From Candidatus Kaiserbacteria bacterium (GTDB lineage: Bacteria; Patescibacteriota; Minisyncoccia; Phycocordibacterales; JABMNX01), in assembly GCA_016186705.1 (NCBI GenBank), contig JACPLB010000003.1:18508-82507 (forward strand): a stretch of DNA of 64,000 bases. Reading direction: 5' to 3'. The translations under genes and the position numbers were made by a program. Positions 15,712-24,554 of this stretch are shown here, one piece after another. Below the pieces are notes generated by a model. The model did not search any database, was not told where the DNA came from, and saw only the letters and a program-made list of their open reading frames with translations. Every line of letters begins with the position of its first letter. Positions within the stretch are counted from its first letter, which is position 1.

Positions 15712-17187
15712 TCACGTCACCCAGTATTTTTTTCGAATATCGGAGACCGCTTCCTCTTCGAGCTCTTCTTGCCGGCGTTTTCCCTCTTCCCCGTGCGTCT
15801 TAAGGGACTCTTCCGGGAGTTCGCTTAATTCAATCGCTCGTTTTTCTAGATACTCAACGGTATTCCGCTTCGGGTCATCAAGCACCTCTTCAAGGAGCGC
15901 GTGAAGTATGTAACCGATGCGAGGTCCGGGCTTTTCTTTCGTAATTTCCATGACACGCTCACCGTCAATTTTAAGCATCGTGACCGAAATCGGGTCGCGG
16001 AGCGCTTCCTCCACCATTGATTTGTACTTCCGGAAACGAAATGGCTGGGCTTTTGGACGGCCGGAGCCAATGCGGTCACAAATGCGCAAGTTGAGGAGGT
16101 CCCAGATGTTCTCTTCTCCCACGTTTCGTATGACGCGGCGCACTGCGGAGAGCGTTACCTTGTCAGGGTCGGAAAAGAACATGTGCCAGCGCACAAGCTT
16201 CACCACTTTCTCAATTGTTTTTTTTGGAAATTTCATATTCTCAAGCGCCCGTTTGGCGACGCGTGCGCCGACGACTTCGTGCCCGTAAAACGTCCAATCT
16301 TCCTTGTCTTTTGACCATCGCCGCGTTTCTGGTTTTGAAATATCGTGGTACAGCCCCGCAATCCTGATGTCAAAATCCCACTTCATGTCCGCGCCGTGCT
16401 GCATCGTACGCAGAAGATGCTCGAATACGTCATATTTGTGTGCCTGATTCTGCTCGACACCAATTCCCCGTTCCAAATCGTGCGCGACGTACGGAAGAAG
16501 CTTCAGTTTCTCGGCAATTATAATCGCGTGCATCGGGTTGTCTGAATTAAGAATGCGCGCAAATTCGTCTCGCACGCGTTCTTTCGCGATTTTCTCCAAC
16601 TGCGAAGCCGAACGAGCGATTGCATCGGCGGTTTTCGGTTCAATTGTGAAATTGAGCTCTGCGGATATGCGGATTGCTCTTAGCATGCGAAGCGCGTCCT
16701 CTTCAAAACGTTCATACGGGTCTCCGACCGCCACAATACTCCCCCGCCTGAGGTCATCCTGCCCGCCATAAAGGTCTGTGAGTTCTCCTTTCGAGATATT
16801 GTACGCGATTGCGTTAATGGTGAAATCGCGGCGCTTCAAATCATCCTCAAGTTTTTCTGAAAAACGCACGGAATCCGGTCGGCGCGCGTCGGAATATGCC
16901 GCCTCAAGCCGGTACGGCGTTACTTCAACGACCTTGAGCGAATCGTTGTCGGTTTCGTTCACCACACCGACCGTGCCATAATCGTTTTCATAGAACGTTT
17001 CTTTAAAAAGATTCTGTATTTCTTCCGGAGTGGCGTTTGTGGTAAAGTCCCAATCTTTCGGTGTACGGTTGAGCAAAAGGTCTCGCACGCATCCTCCAAT
17101 AAGATATGCCTCAAAGCCCCCTTTTTCCAAAGTTTCAGCGACCGAACGAATCTCGCTCGGTATTTTTGACGCCGGAATTGTTGACAT
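15712..17187 (-). CDS. cca: tRNA nucleotidyltransferase (CCA-adding enzyme/poly(A) polymerase family) with a C-terminal HD domain
   Basis: The N-terminal PolB-type nucleotidyltransferase head is GGCVRDLLLNRTPKDWDFTT and a downstream HD domain follows. Confidence 0.85.
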   Translation of the reverse strand: MSTIPASKIPSEIRSVAETLEKGGFEAYLIGGCVRDLLLNRTPKDWDFTTNATPEEIQNLFKETFYENDYGTVGVVNETDNDSLKVVEVTPYRLEAAYSDARRPDSVRFSEKLEDDLKRRDFTINAIAYNISKGELTDLYGGQDDLRRGSIVAVGDPYERFEEDALRMLRAIRISAELNFTIEPKTADAIARSASQLEKIAKERVRDEFARILNSDNPMHAIIIAEKLKLLPYVAHDLERGIGVEQNQAHKYDVFEHLLRTMQHGADMKWDFDIRIAGLYHDISKPETRRWSKDKEDWTFYGHEVVGARVAKRALENMKFPKKTIEKVVKLVRWHMFFSDPDKVTLSAVRRVIRNVGEENIWDLLNLRICDRIGSGRPKAQPFRFRKYKSMVEEALRDPISVTMLKIDGERVMEITKEKPGPRIGYILHALLEEVLDDPKRNTVEYLEKRAIELSELPEESLKTHGEEGKRRQEELEEEAVSDIRKKYWVT

Positions 17188-17249
17188 ACCTACACTTTAT
17201 TACATATTTTACGCGTGTGCGAATCTGACGTATACTTTTCATACTCACT

Positions 17250-17321
17250 GCGCCCGTGGTGAAATGGATATCACAGCTGGCTTCGGACCAGCCGTTCCGG
17301 GTTCGAATCCTGGCGGGCGCA
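17250..17321 (+). tRNA. tRNA-Arg (anticodon TCG)
   Basis: The cloverleaf has acceptor gcgcccg/cgggcgc, anticodon loop cTTCGGa and T-arm ccggg-ttcgaat-cctgg. No CCA is encoded. Confidence 0.8.
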
Positions 17322-17337
17322 CAACATACCAGAGAAT

Positions 17338-17409
17338 GCTCCCATAGTTTAATGGACAAAATGCAAGCTTCCGGAGCTTGCGATCGAGGTTCGATTCCTC
17401 GTGGGAGCA
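17338..17409 (+). tRNA. tRNA-Arg (anticodon CCG)
   Basis: Acceptor gctccca/tgggagc, anticodon stem caagc/gcttg with loop ttCCGga, and T-arm cgagg-ttcgatt-cctcg. Confidence 0.8.
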
Positions 17410-17501
17410 CAGAATGTAAAGGAGTCTAGCGTAAGAGTACAGGCAAAACCAATAGGCAATTGAGAGAGGTTTCCGGTTGTAGTACAATAGGATTTCACGA
17501 T

Positions 17502-17572
17502 GCGGGTATGGTTTAGTGGTAGAATACGTCCTTGCCAAGGACGAGTCGGGAGTTCGATTCTCCCTACCCGCA
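17502..17572 (+). tRNA. tRNA-Gly (anticodon GCC)
   Basis: Acceptor gcgggta/tacccgc, anticodon stem cgtcc/ggacg with loop ttGCCaa, and T-arm gggag-ttcgatt-ctccc. Confidence 0.8.
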
Positions 17573-17730
17573 CAAAACTAACCAAGGGAATGGAGGGTGT
17601 CATTGTGGGGATAATGTTGTGAATAGTGTGGATTAAAAGGACATGTATACATTGATGTCTTTTATAAAATACGGCTTAAATAATGGATATTTAAAGGACA
17701 TTCACACTAATGAAATTAAGTACGATAAAA

Positions 17731-17993
17731 TGTTTCACGTGAAACACTATTATGAGTACAAATATGTTTCATGAGAAACACTAATAAGAAATCCAATCAA
17801 GAAGTTGGTCGAGTTGGGGAAGAAACAGCCTGTAAGTTTCTCGTGAAACAGGGCTTTTCAGTTATTGGGCGGAATTTTTGGAAAAAATGGGGTGAGATTG
17901 ACATTATTGCTCAAAACGGAGACAAACTGCATTTTGTTGAGGTTAAAACTGTTTCACGTGAAAACATACGTGACATTTCACGTGAAACATTAG
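17731..17993. repeat. four copies of the 16-bp palindrome TGTTTCACGTGAAACA (one degenerate) spanning the yraN promoter, start codon and coding region
   Basis: Copies lie at 17731-17746, 17765-17780 (tgtttcatgagaaaca, overlapping the ATG), 17950-17966 and 17975-17993. Confidence 0.8.
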
Positions 17994-18175
17994 ATGAGTA
18001 TAGACCGGAAGAGAATGTCCATCCAAAGAAGCTTGAACGGCTCTCTCGGACCATACAAACATACCTGCTTGAGAAGGATTATGAGGGTGAGTGGCAATTT
18101 GATGTCATCGCGGTGTTTTTAGACATAGAGAGAAGAGAGGCAAAATGCCGCTACATTGAAAATGTTGTCCTTTAG
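17771..18175 (+). CDS. yraN: YraN-family (UPF0102) predicted endonuclease
   Basis: The family signature is GRVGEETACKFLVKQGFSVIGRNFWKKWGEIDIIAQNGDKLHFVEVKT. It contains an in-frame VSRENIRDISRETL duplication encoded by the palindromes. Confidence 0.75.
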   Translation: MRNTNKKSNQEVGRVGEETACKFLVKQGFSVIGRNFWKKWGEIDIIAQNGDKLHFVEVKTVSRENIRDISRETLDEYRPEENVHPKKLERLSRTIQTYLLEKDYEGEWQFDVIAVFLDIERREAKCRYIENVVL

Positions 18176-18443
18176 AAAACAATAATGTCCTTTAGAACAG
18201 ACCATTAAAACAACTGGCAATACGGCGGTTTTATGGTATGATTTTGCAATTAGAACGTTGTTTTTTCAAAGACCAGGTTTTACATTATTGCATAAAGTTG
18301 ACGTTCGGTAGACTTTGTTGCGTAAAAATTACAAAAAACGGAGCGTGCAAGTAGGTGTAATAGTACGGCTAACATGTTAGCCTAAAGCACAGGTCATTTT
18401 TAGATGGGAGATTATATTGTGTAGGTAAACGACAATTACATAA

Positions 18444-18516
18444 CGGGGCGTGGTGTAACGGCTAACATTCCTGATTTGGGATCAGGCGACTCCGGGTTCG
18501 AATCCCGGCGCCCCGA
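18444..18516 (+). tRNA. tRNA-Pro (anticodon TGG)
   Basis: Acceptor cggggcg/cgccccg, anticodon stem cctga/tcagg with loop ttTGGga, and T-arm ccggg-ttcgaat-cccgg. Confidence 0.8.
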
Positions 18517-18534
18517 TGATTGCAGGGTAATGAA

Positions 18535-18725
18535 GAAAGGATATTTTCTCAGCTATCGCTGAGAAAATATCCTTTCTGAGTAGGTTCGGATTCGAAAGCC
18601 GCACCCCTCACATACGCGCATGTGAGGGGGAGGCGGGGTCGAGAACACTTAGTATTTTATAAGTGTACGAAGTAAAATACTTAGTGATTCGTGACCGAAT
18701 CCCGGCCTGCCTGCGGCAGGCAGGC
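18535..18725 (+). other. run of five consecutive stable stem-loops between tRNA-Pro and mscS
   Basis: H1 at 18535-18576 is a 19-bp perfect stem. H2 at 18604-18629 is cccctcacat/atgtgagggg. H3 at 18646-18686 is a 14-bp stem. H4 at 18687-18702 is gattcg-tgac-cgaatc. H5 at 18705-18725 is gcctgcct.../...aggcaggc. Confidence 0.7.
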
Positions 18726-18772
18726 GCCCCGAACGTTTATGGACAGAGACTTTTTTGGTACAATCAATCTCG

Positions 18773-19834
18773 ATGGAGGATTTATTTTTTGACAATGCGT
18801 ACGAGGGATACTTATTCCTCGGAAACAGCGTTGAGGCATATATCCTCGCGCTCGGAATTTTTATCGCACTCTTTGTGGTATTCCGGCTTCTCCAGTGGGG
18901 AATACTAAAACGTCTCGAAAGCGCGGTTAAGAGAACCAAAACCGACATTGATGATACGTTCGTTGAGGTGGTGAAAAGCCTTAAACCGGCATTCTACTAC
19001 ATCCTTGCAGTCTACTTTGCACTCCGCTCCCTCGTCTTTCCGGAGCTTCTTGAGAGCATCATTGACGCCGTCATCATTGTTGTCCTCGCATACCAAGCAG
19101 TAACGGCGCTCCATATACTGCTCGACTATACCCTCAAAAGGAGAGCGGAAAAAGAGGGAGGGGAGACAAAGAAGGCACTCCGCTCCCTCGGCGTCTTTCT
19201 CAAGTGGGGGTTGTGGGCGGTCGCTATTCTCACCGTTCTCTCGAACCTTGGGGTAAACGTGACCTCACTCGTCGCAGGACTCGGCATCGGTGGCATCGCC
19301 ATCGCGCTCGCGGTCCAAAATATTCTCTCGGACCTCTTCAGTTCGTTCGCGATTTACTTCGACAAGCCCTTTGAGGTGGGGGATTTCATTATAGTCGGAG
19401 AGCACTCCGGCACTGTCGAGAAAATAGGTATCAAAACGACCCGCCTCCGCGCACTCCAGGGAGAGGAAATCGTAATCTCAAACAAGGAGCTGACCTCCGC
19501 TCGCATTCAAAACCTCAAGAAAATGAAAGAGCGGAGAGTGACGTTTACATTCGGTGTCGTCTACGGCACTTCTCTTAAAGCGTTCAGAAAAATCCCCGAA
19601 TTTGTCAGAGAAATTTTCGCCGGCCTCGCGCCGAGTGCCCGCATTGACCGCGTACACTTCAAAAAACTCTCCGAGTCGTCGCTCGATTTTGAGGTGGTCT
19701 ACTACGTGCCGACCCGCGAGTACCTCGAGTATATGAATCTTCAGGAAAAACTCAATCTCAAGCTCATCGAACGGTTCCGTGAGGAAAAAATTGAATTCGC
19801 GTACCCGACGCAAACCTTGCACCTTACCAGATAG
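18773..19834 (+). CDS. MscS-family mechanosensitive channel
   Basis: Three TM helices are followed by the conserved beta domain ...GDFIIVGEHSGTVEKIGIKTTRLRALQGEEIVISN. The ATG start is used; the ORF track begins on an upstream TTG. Confidence 0.85.
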   Translation: MEDLFFDNAYEGYLFLGNSVEAYILALGIFIALFVVFRLLQWGILKRLESAVKRTKTDIDDTFVEVVKSLKPAFYYILAVYFALRSLVFPELLESIIDAVIIVVLAYQAVTALHILLDYTLKRRAEKEGGETKKALRSLGVFLKWGLWAVAILTVLSNLGVNVTSLVAGLGIGGIAIALAVQNILSDLFSSFAIYFDKPFEVGDFIIVGEHSGTVEKIGIKTTRLRALQGEEIVISNKELTSARIQNLKKMKERRVTFTFGVVYGTSLKAFRKIPEFVREIFAGLAPSARIDRVHFKKLSESSLDFEVVYYVPTREYLEYMNLQEKLNLKLIERFREEKIEFAYPTQTLHLTR

Positions 19835-19836
19835 TC

Positions 19837-21033
19837 CTATCGGCGGTCGAGATATTCCTCGAGGTGCTTTGTAAGCGCCGAGGCGGTGCTAAGATTGAAA
19901 AGTTTCGCCTTGAGGGTCAAATCTCCAAACAAAAGTCCGTCAATTGTCGTGTTCGCGTATTGAGAAAGACTGCGATTGATGTGCCCCAGCGTAATTGCCC
20001 GCAGGTCCCGCTCGGCAGTCGTGTCCGCCTTGGTACTCGTAACGATAATGCCGACGAGCATGTTTTTGTCGGAAACGGCGGCACCGCCGGATGATCCCCC
20101 TTGGGAGACAACGGTCCCGCCGATGGATATCAAATCAACAGTATTTTCTACAAACGTAAATCGTTCGGCAATGGTCGCGATGCTTGAGACGGTGTAAAGG
20201 TCTTTTTGAATGGTAATGCCGCTCAGAAATCCGGCGGGGTAGGCGGCGGCGAGCACATCATCTCCCACCTCGAGTTCTATATCATTGATATCAAAGGGAA
20301 CAAATGGGAACGTTCCTGGCAGGCTCGCGCTCGGGTCGGTGCGTCCGGTAATGCGCAGAAATGCGTAATCGTGCTCGCCCGTACCTTTCGGCTCTGTATT
20401 TACAATGTCGTGAGCATGAAGACTTATCCAGATTGGCGGAAGGTAGAGAAGTTCTGCAGTGTATATCGCCCGCGCCGGGCTTCCGGTGCGCAGGATACAC
20501 TCAAGCCCGTCTTTGACGGGGTAATCTTTGAGGAGAAAATACTGAGCGACATGGGCGTTCGTGATGACAATACCCCGCGAATCAATAACGACACCGCTTC
20601 CCGTTATCGGAGTGACCGCGCCTGCCGCTCGTTGCATGCAGAGAATATTAACAAGCGCTTTCGCGGTCTCGGTGTTGATGTAGGAGAAACTAAGCGGTAT
20701 TTCAGAGACGGCCGTCGGCGCAGGCGATGTTGACGTTACGGTAGTCTCTTCCTGTATCGCGGGTGACGGGGGAGTGTCTGCTTTTTGTTCCGTTTCAATT
20801 ACAGTGCCGCCGCCCATTTTCGGCGTTTCTGGAATGACAGTGTCAGGAAGAATAGGCACTTCCTCCATCACAGGCGCGACTTCCTGGATAATTGGAGCGG
20901 TTGTTTCTTCTAAAGCGCTACGAGCAGGGGGATTCGAGACTGTTCCAAGACCAAAGGCGGTAAAGAGAGCAATGAGTCCGATGATAACCCTGCTCGCGAT
21001 GATTTGTATGAGTCCAAAAATCGGCATGAGCAT
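19837..21033 (-). CDS. membrane-anchored trypsin-like (S1 family) serine protease
   Basis: The His motif is GSGVVIDSRGIVITNAHV and the Ser motif is GGSSGGAAV. An N-terminal TM anchor and a Pro/Thr-rich linker precede the catalytic domain. Confidence 0.75.
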   Translation of the reverse strand: MLMPIFGLIQIIASRVIIGLIALFTAFGLGTVSNPPARSALEETTAPIIQEVAPVMEEVPILPDTVIPETPKMGGGTVIETEQKADTPPSPAIQEETTVTSTSPAPTAVSEIPLSFSYINTETAKALVNILCMQRAAGAVTPITGSGVVIDSRGIVITNAHVAQYFLLKDYPVKDGLECILRTGSPARAIYTAELLYLPPIWISLHAHDIVNTEPKGTGEHDYAFLRITGRTDPSASLPGTFPFVPFDINDIELEVGDDVLAAAYPAGFLSGITIQKDLYTVSSIATIAERFTFVENTVDLISIGGTVVSQGGSSGGAAVSDKNMLVGIIVTSTKADTTAERDLRAITLGHINRSLSQYANTTIDGLLFGDLTLKAKLFNLSTASALTKHLEEYLDRR

Positions 21034-21109
21034 CAGTATAGCACTACGTCAGGGCTTTCATTAAGTCTCTATAGCGGCCTTTTCTTATCCACAGCGGTTC
21101 ATGATGATA

Positions 21110-21137
21110 TTGACAAATATGTTATTTCGTGTAAAAT
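21110..21137 (+). promoter_or_regulatory. sigma70-like promoter (TTGACA, 16 nt, TAAAAT)
   Basis: The -35 TTGACA lies at 21110-21115 and the -10 TAAAAT at 21132-21137, with a 16-nt spacer. It sits upstream of a 41-codon ORF and a strong terminator. Confidence 0.5.
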
Positions 21138-21220
21138 TTCTTGCATAGCTTGGCGTATGCCCAGCTTTTTGTTTATCAGCGTTCCGACATTTTTTAATGT
21201 CGGAGCTAAGACAAAAGTTC

Positions 21221-21346
21221 ATGACATTCGTATCTGACGAAACTCCCGGGATGGCTCCGGAAGGGGAACAGGCACCTGCAGAAGGAATGCCGACTGCCCC
21301 AGAAGGAGAGACTCCAAAACCGGAAGGAGAAGCGATGGCACAATAA
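21221..21346 (+). CDS. possible 41-aa acidic Pro/Glu-rich peptide (MTFVSDETPGMAPEGEQAPAEGMPTAPEGETPKPEGEAMAQ)
   Basis: It lies between a consensus promoter and an intrinsic terminator. The SD is weak. The peptide carries PEGE-type repeats. Confidence 0.3.
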   Translation: MTFVSDETPGMAPEGEQAPAEGMPTAPEGETPKPEGEAMAQ

Positions 21347-21368
21347 GCCAAGCATTCTCTTCAGCACA

Positions 21369-21405
21369 CAGCCCCCGCAAAATTGCGGGGGCTGGTGCGT
21401 TTTGG
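21369..21405 (+). terminator. intrinsic terminator
   Basis: The 10-bp GC stem cagcccccgc-aaaatt-gcgggggctg is followed by gtgcgtttt. Confidence 0.75.
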
Positions 21406-21422
21406 TACGATTAATTTCGTTT

Positions 21423-21493
21423 GCGGGATTAGTTTAATGGCAGAATAACAGTTTTCCAAACTGTGGGCGGGAGTTCGATTCTCCCATCCCGCA
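21423..21493 (+). tRNA. tRNA-Gly (anticodon TCC)
   Basis: Acceptor gcgggat/atcccgc, anticodon stem acagt/actgt with loop ttTCCaa, and T-arm gggag-ttcgatt-ctccc. Confidence 0.8.
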
Positions 21494-21504
21494 CATGCAC
21501 ACTA

Positions 21505-21531
21505 CAAAACCCCTGCTTTGCAGGGGTTTTG
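21505..21531. terminator. bidirectional terminator between tRNA-Gly and hup
   Basis: The sequence is caaaacccctgctttgcaggggttttg. Confidence 0.7.
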
Positions 21532-21552
21532 TAGATAGTGAGACAAGGTCTC

Positions 21553-21825
21553 TTATTTGACTGCCTCTTTGAGGGCCTTTGCCGCGCGGAACTTTGGCAC
21601 GCGCATTGCGGGGATCTGAATGGATTCACCTGTTCGTGGGTTTCGTCCGGTTCTCGCTCCGCGCATCTTAGCCTCAAAAATGCCAAGACCCGCGATTGAG
21701 ACCTCCTGGCCGCCCTTAAGGCCGTCAACGATGCTTGAAACCATCGTGTCAACTGCCCGTTCAGCGTCCGCTTTGGTTCCGCCAAGCACTCCGTGCACTT
21801 TCTCGACAATAGCTGCTTTGTTCAT
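21553..21825 (-). CDS. hup: DNA-binding protein HU
   Basis: The 90-aa sequence MNKAAIVEKV...RGARTGRNPRTGESIQIPAMRVPKFRAAKALKEAV matches the HU/IHF fold signature. Confidence 0.9.
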   Translation of the reverse strand: MNKAAIVEKVHGVLGGTKADAERAVDTMVSSIVDGLKGGQEVSIAGLGIFEAKMRGARTGRNPRTGESIQIPAMRVPKFRAAKALKEAVK

Positions 21826-22115
21826 AATGTTTATATTTATGTTGCTACAAGGCGATTAATCTCGACCACGTATCGTGTCATAAATCCAGCACACACTATA
21901 GCAGTTTATGCTGTGAAATTACTGCAACTATTATATAGAACGCCGTTTTTAGCGCAATATCCCGTTATTGTATAAGTATTGCGCTACTTTTGAGCTTTTC
22001 TGTCAATAAATGAGCCGGAATTAGCGGACAAACCCGGTTGGTGAAAACTCACCTTGCTCAACTAACAGAGGAGTTATCCTAAAAGCTGAAAGCTAAGAGC
22101 TAAAAGCTATTTCTA

Positions 22116-23645
22116 CTACCGGGCAAATTCAATGGAACGGCTCTCCCGAATGACATTGACCTTGATTTCACCTGGATATTTCAGTTCATTCTCAATTTGG
22201 AGCGCTATGTTGCGGGCCAGATTTCGCGCTTCAAGGTCGGATACTTTTTCCGGAGTGACGAAAACCCTGATTTCACGTCCCGCCTGAATCGCGTAGCTTT
22301 TTTCAACGCCAGGGAAGTTATTCGCGATTGCCTCAAGGTCCTCGAGTCGCTTGATGTAATTTTCAACCGAGTCGCGACGCGCGCCGGGACGCCCGCCCGA
22401 TATCGCGTCGGCAACCTGCACAATCATTGATTCGGGTGTTTCGTACGGATATTCCTCGTGGTGCGCCTGCATCGCTTTGATGATTGCCTCGTCAGCCCCG
22501 AATTTCTGGAGGATCCTTCGCCCGATTTCAACATGCGTGCCCTGCACTTCGTGGTCGACGGCTTTTCCGATGTCATGAAGGAGCGCTCCGGCGCGCGCGA
22601 CATAGGGATTCGCGCCGAGCTCCTCGGCAAGCATGCCGGCAATGTGCGCCATCTCTACCGAGTGGTAGAGAACATTCTGTCCGTAGCTTGTGCGGAAGTG
22701 GAGGCGTCCGAGCACCGCTATCACGCGCGGGTCGAGGTTGTGGACTCCCGCCTCGTACGCCGCCTGTTCCCCTTTTTCTTTGATAGTCTTGTTGACCTCA
22801 TTTTTCGCTTTTTGCACGACTTCCTCGATTTTTGCCGGCTGGATGCGCCCGTCAAGAATAAGATTCTCGAGCGCAATGCGCGCCACGTGCCGGCGAATCG
22901 GGTCAAACGATGAAATCGTAATCATGTTTGGCGTATCATCAATAATTACGTCAACGCCGCTCGCGCGCTCAAACGCCTTGATGTTCCTGCCTTCTTTGCC
23001 GATGATTTTTCCCTTCACCTCGTCCGATGGAATCTGGACGGAGGTCGCCATCACGTCGTCAATGACCGAGTTTCCGAGCCGGTGGATTGACGTCGTGAGA
23101 ATGTCTTTCGCTTTTTGTTCAAGCCGCTCTTTCCCGGAGATTTCAAGTTTCTGGAGACGCACCAGGATATCTTCCTCGTACTGTTTCTCGAGGATACCGA
23201 GGAGCTCTTTTTTTGCCTCCTCCTCGCTTAAGTGTGCGATTTTTTCAAGCTCCCCCTTACGCTCCTCAACGAGCTTCTCCGCCCTCTCTTTAAACGCCCG
23301 CACTTCTTCTACTTTTTTCTTCAAATTCTCGACATCGGCGTCAATATCCCCCTGGCGCTTGTCGAGCGTGTCTTCTTTTTTAATGAGGCGGTCTTCGGCT
23401 TTTTTGAGTTGCGATTCCTTCTCCTTGAGTTCCTGCCGAAAGGTTTCGATGGATTCCTGTGCTTTCACTTCTGCATCCTGCGTGATGCGCTTCGCTTCCT
23501 CTTTCGCCTCAAGCATCATCTGCTTGATTTCAAGCTCCATTGAACCTCGTTTGCCGAGAGAAATAATCCAGCGAAGGAAATATCCAAAGGCAACGCCAAT
23601 GAGCCCCGCGAGAATGAGGAGGACCAGTACTACTTTTAATGACAT
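22116..23645 (-). CDS. rny: ribonuclease Y
   Basis: It has an N-terminal TM helix, a coiled-coil, a KH domain (GKIIGKEGRNIKAFE) and an HD domain (LLHDIGKAVDHE). Confidence 0.9.
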   Translation of the reverse strand: MSLKVVLVLLILAGLIGVAFGYFLRWIISLGKRGSMELEIKQMMLEAKEEAKRITQDAEVKAQESIETFRQELKEKESQLKKAEDRLIKKEDTLDKRQGDIDADVENLKKKVEEVRAFKERAEKLVEERKGELEKIAHLSEEEAKKELLGILEKQYEEDILVRLQKLEISGKERLEQKAKDILTTSIHRLGNSVIDDVMATSVQIPSDEVKGKIIGKEGRNIKAFERASGVDVIIDDTPNMITISSFDPIRRHVARIALENLILDGRIQPAKIEEVVQKAKNEVNKTIKEKGEQAAYEAGVHNLDPRVIAVLGRLHFRTSYGQNVLYHSVEMAHIAGMLAEELGANPYVARAGALLHDIGKAVDHEVQGTHVEIGRRILQKFGADEAIIKAMQAHHEEYPYETPESMIVQVADAISGGRPGARRDSVENYIKRLEDLEAIANNFPGVEKSYAIQAGREIRVFVTPEKVSDLEARNLARNIALQIENELKYPGEIKVNVIRESRSIEFAR

Positions 23646-23866
23646 ATGCGAGTCAAAACCTCGCCTTTCGCTTGTTTACAGATTATATATGCCGTACTTC
23701 GGAGTCGTGTGAATGAAAAGCATCGTAAGTGTATCCAAGTGCCGCGCTTTCAGTCGTGAAGGTATATCGGTAAATAAATGAAAAGCTCGATTTCAGAAAT
23801 TAATGACAATAATGTACGCCATAAGCGTAGCACGGAATATCCGCCGTGTCTAATTAGACAGTTCTC

Positions 23867-24460
23867 TTACTTGAGTACTTCGTCAATAATGCCGTATTTC
23901 TTGGCTTCTTCGGAGCTCATAAAGTAGTCGCGTTCAACGTCTTTCTCGATTTTGGCGAGCGTTTGCCCGGTATTTTTCGCAAGAAGCTTATTGAGATTGT
24001 CCCGTATTTTGAGAATCTGCTTTGCGGTGATTTCTATGTCGGTTGCCTGTCCTTGCGCCCCGCCCATCGGCTGGTGGATCATGATTTCTGAATTGGGGAG
24101 CGCGTACCGTTTTCCCTTTTGTCCCGCGGAAAGCAAAATCGCGGCGCCGGACGCGGCGATGCCGACGCAGACGGTGGAAACGTCGGGTTTTATGTGGTTC
24201 ATCGTGTCGAGCATCGCTAGGGTCGCGGTGACCGAGCCTCCGGGAGAATTAATGTAAAAATTGATGTCTTTTTTCTGGTCTTCCGACTCAAGAAAGAGAA
24301 GCTGGGCGATGATGAGGTTTGCCGTGTAGTCTTCAATCGGGCCGCCGAGGAAAATAATCCGCTCCTTGAGAAGGCGCGAGTAAATATCGTACGCTCGTTC
24401 GCCGTACTGCGATTTTTCCACCACCATCGGCACGAGCTGGTTTCGTGTATCAAGCTTCAT
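23867..24460 (-). CDS. clpP: ATP-dependent Clp protease proteolytic subunit
   Basis: The catalytic Ser motif is [11 protein letters not shown] and the His motif is IMIHQPMGG. Family similarity runs the full length. Confidence 0.95.
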   Translation of the reverse strand: MKLDTRNQLVPMVVEKSQYGERAYDIYSRLLKERIIFLGGPIEDYTANLIIAQLLFLESEDQKKDINFYINSPGGSVTATLAMLDTMNHIKPDVSTVCVGIAASGAAILLSAGQKGKRYALPNSEIMIHQPMGGAQGQATDIEITAKQILKIRDNLNKLLAKNTGQTLAKIEKDVERDYFMSSEEAKKYGIIDEVLK

Positions 24461-24497
24461 ATGGCGCTATATATAAATATATAAACTCCTCGGCTTG

Positions 24498-24525
24498 GAC
24501 ATACGAAAGCACGCTTTCGTATGTC
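24498..24525 (-). terminator. perfect 13-bp-stem hairpin between tig and clpP (terminator/attenuator candidate)
   Basis: The sequence is gacatacgaaagc-ac-gctttcgtatgtc. Confidence 0.5.
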
Positions 24526-24554
24526 TCTCGCACTACGTCGCCTATAGTAGCACA

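Noticed and set aside
17135-17603. Minus-strand ORFs 17135-17410, 17245-17538 and 17349-17603 overlapping the tRNA array.
   Set aside because: They run antisense through three well-formed tRNA genes. These are spurious.
21860-22075. Inverted repeat agcgcaata...tattgcgct (about 21945-21990) between hup and rny as a possible regulatory element.
   Set aside because: It is a single 9-bp arm pair with a 20-nt loop in an AT-rich promoter region. It is not repeated elsewhere and is too weak to call.
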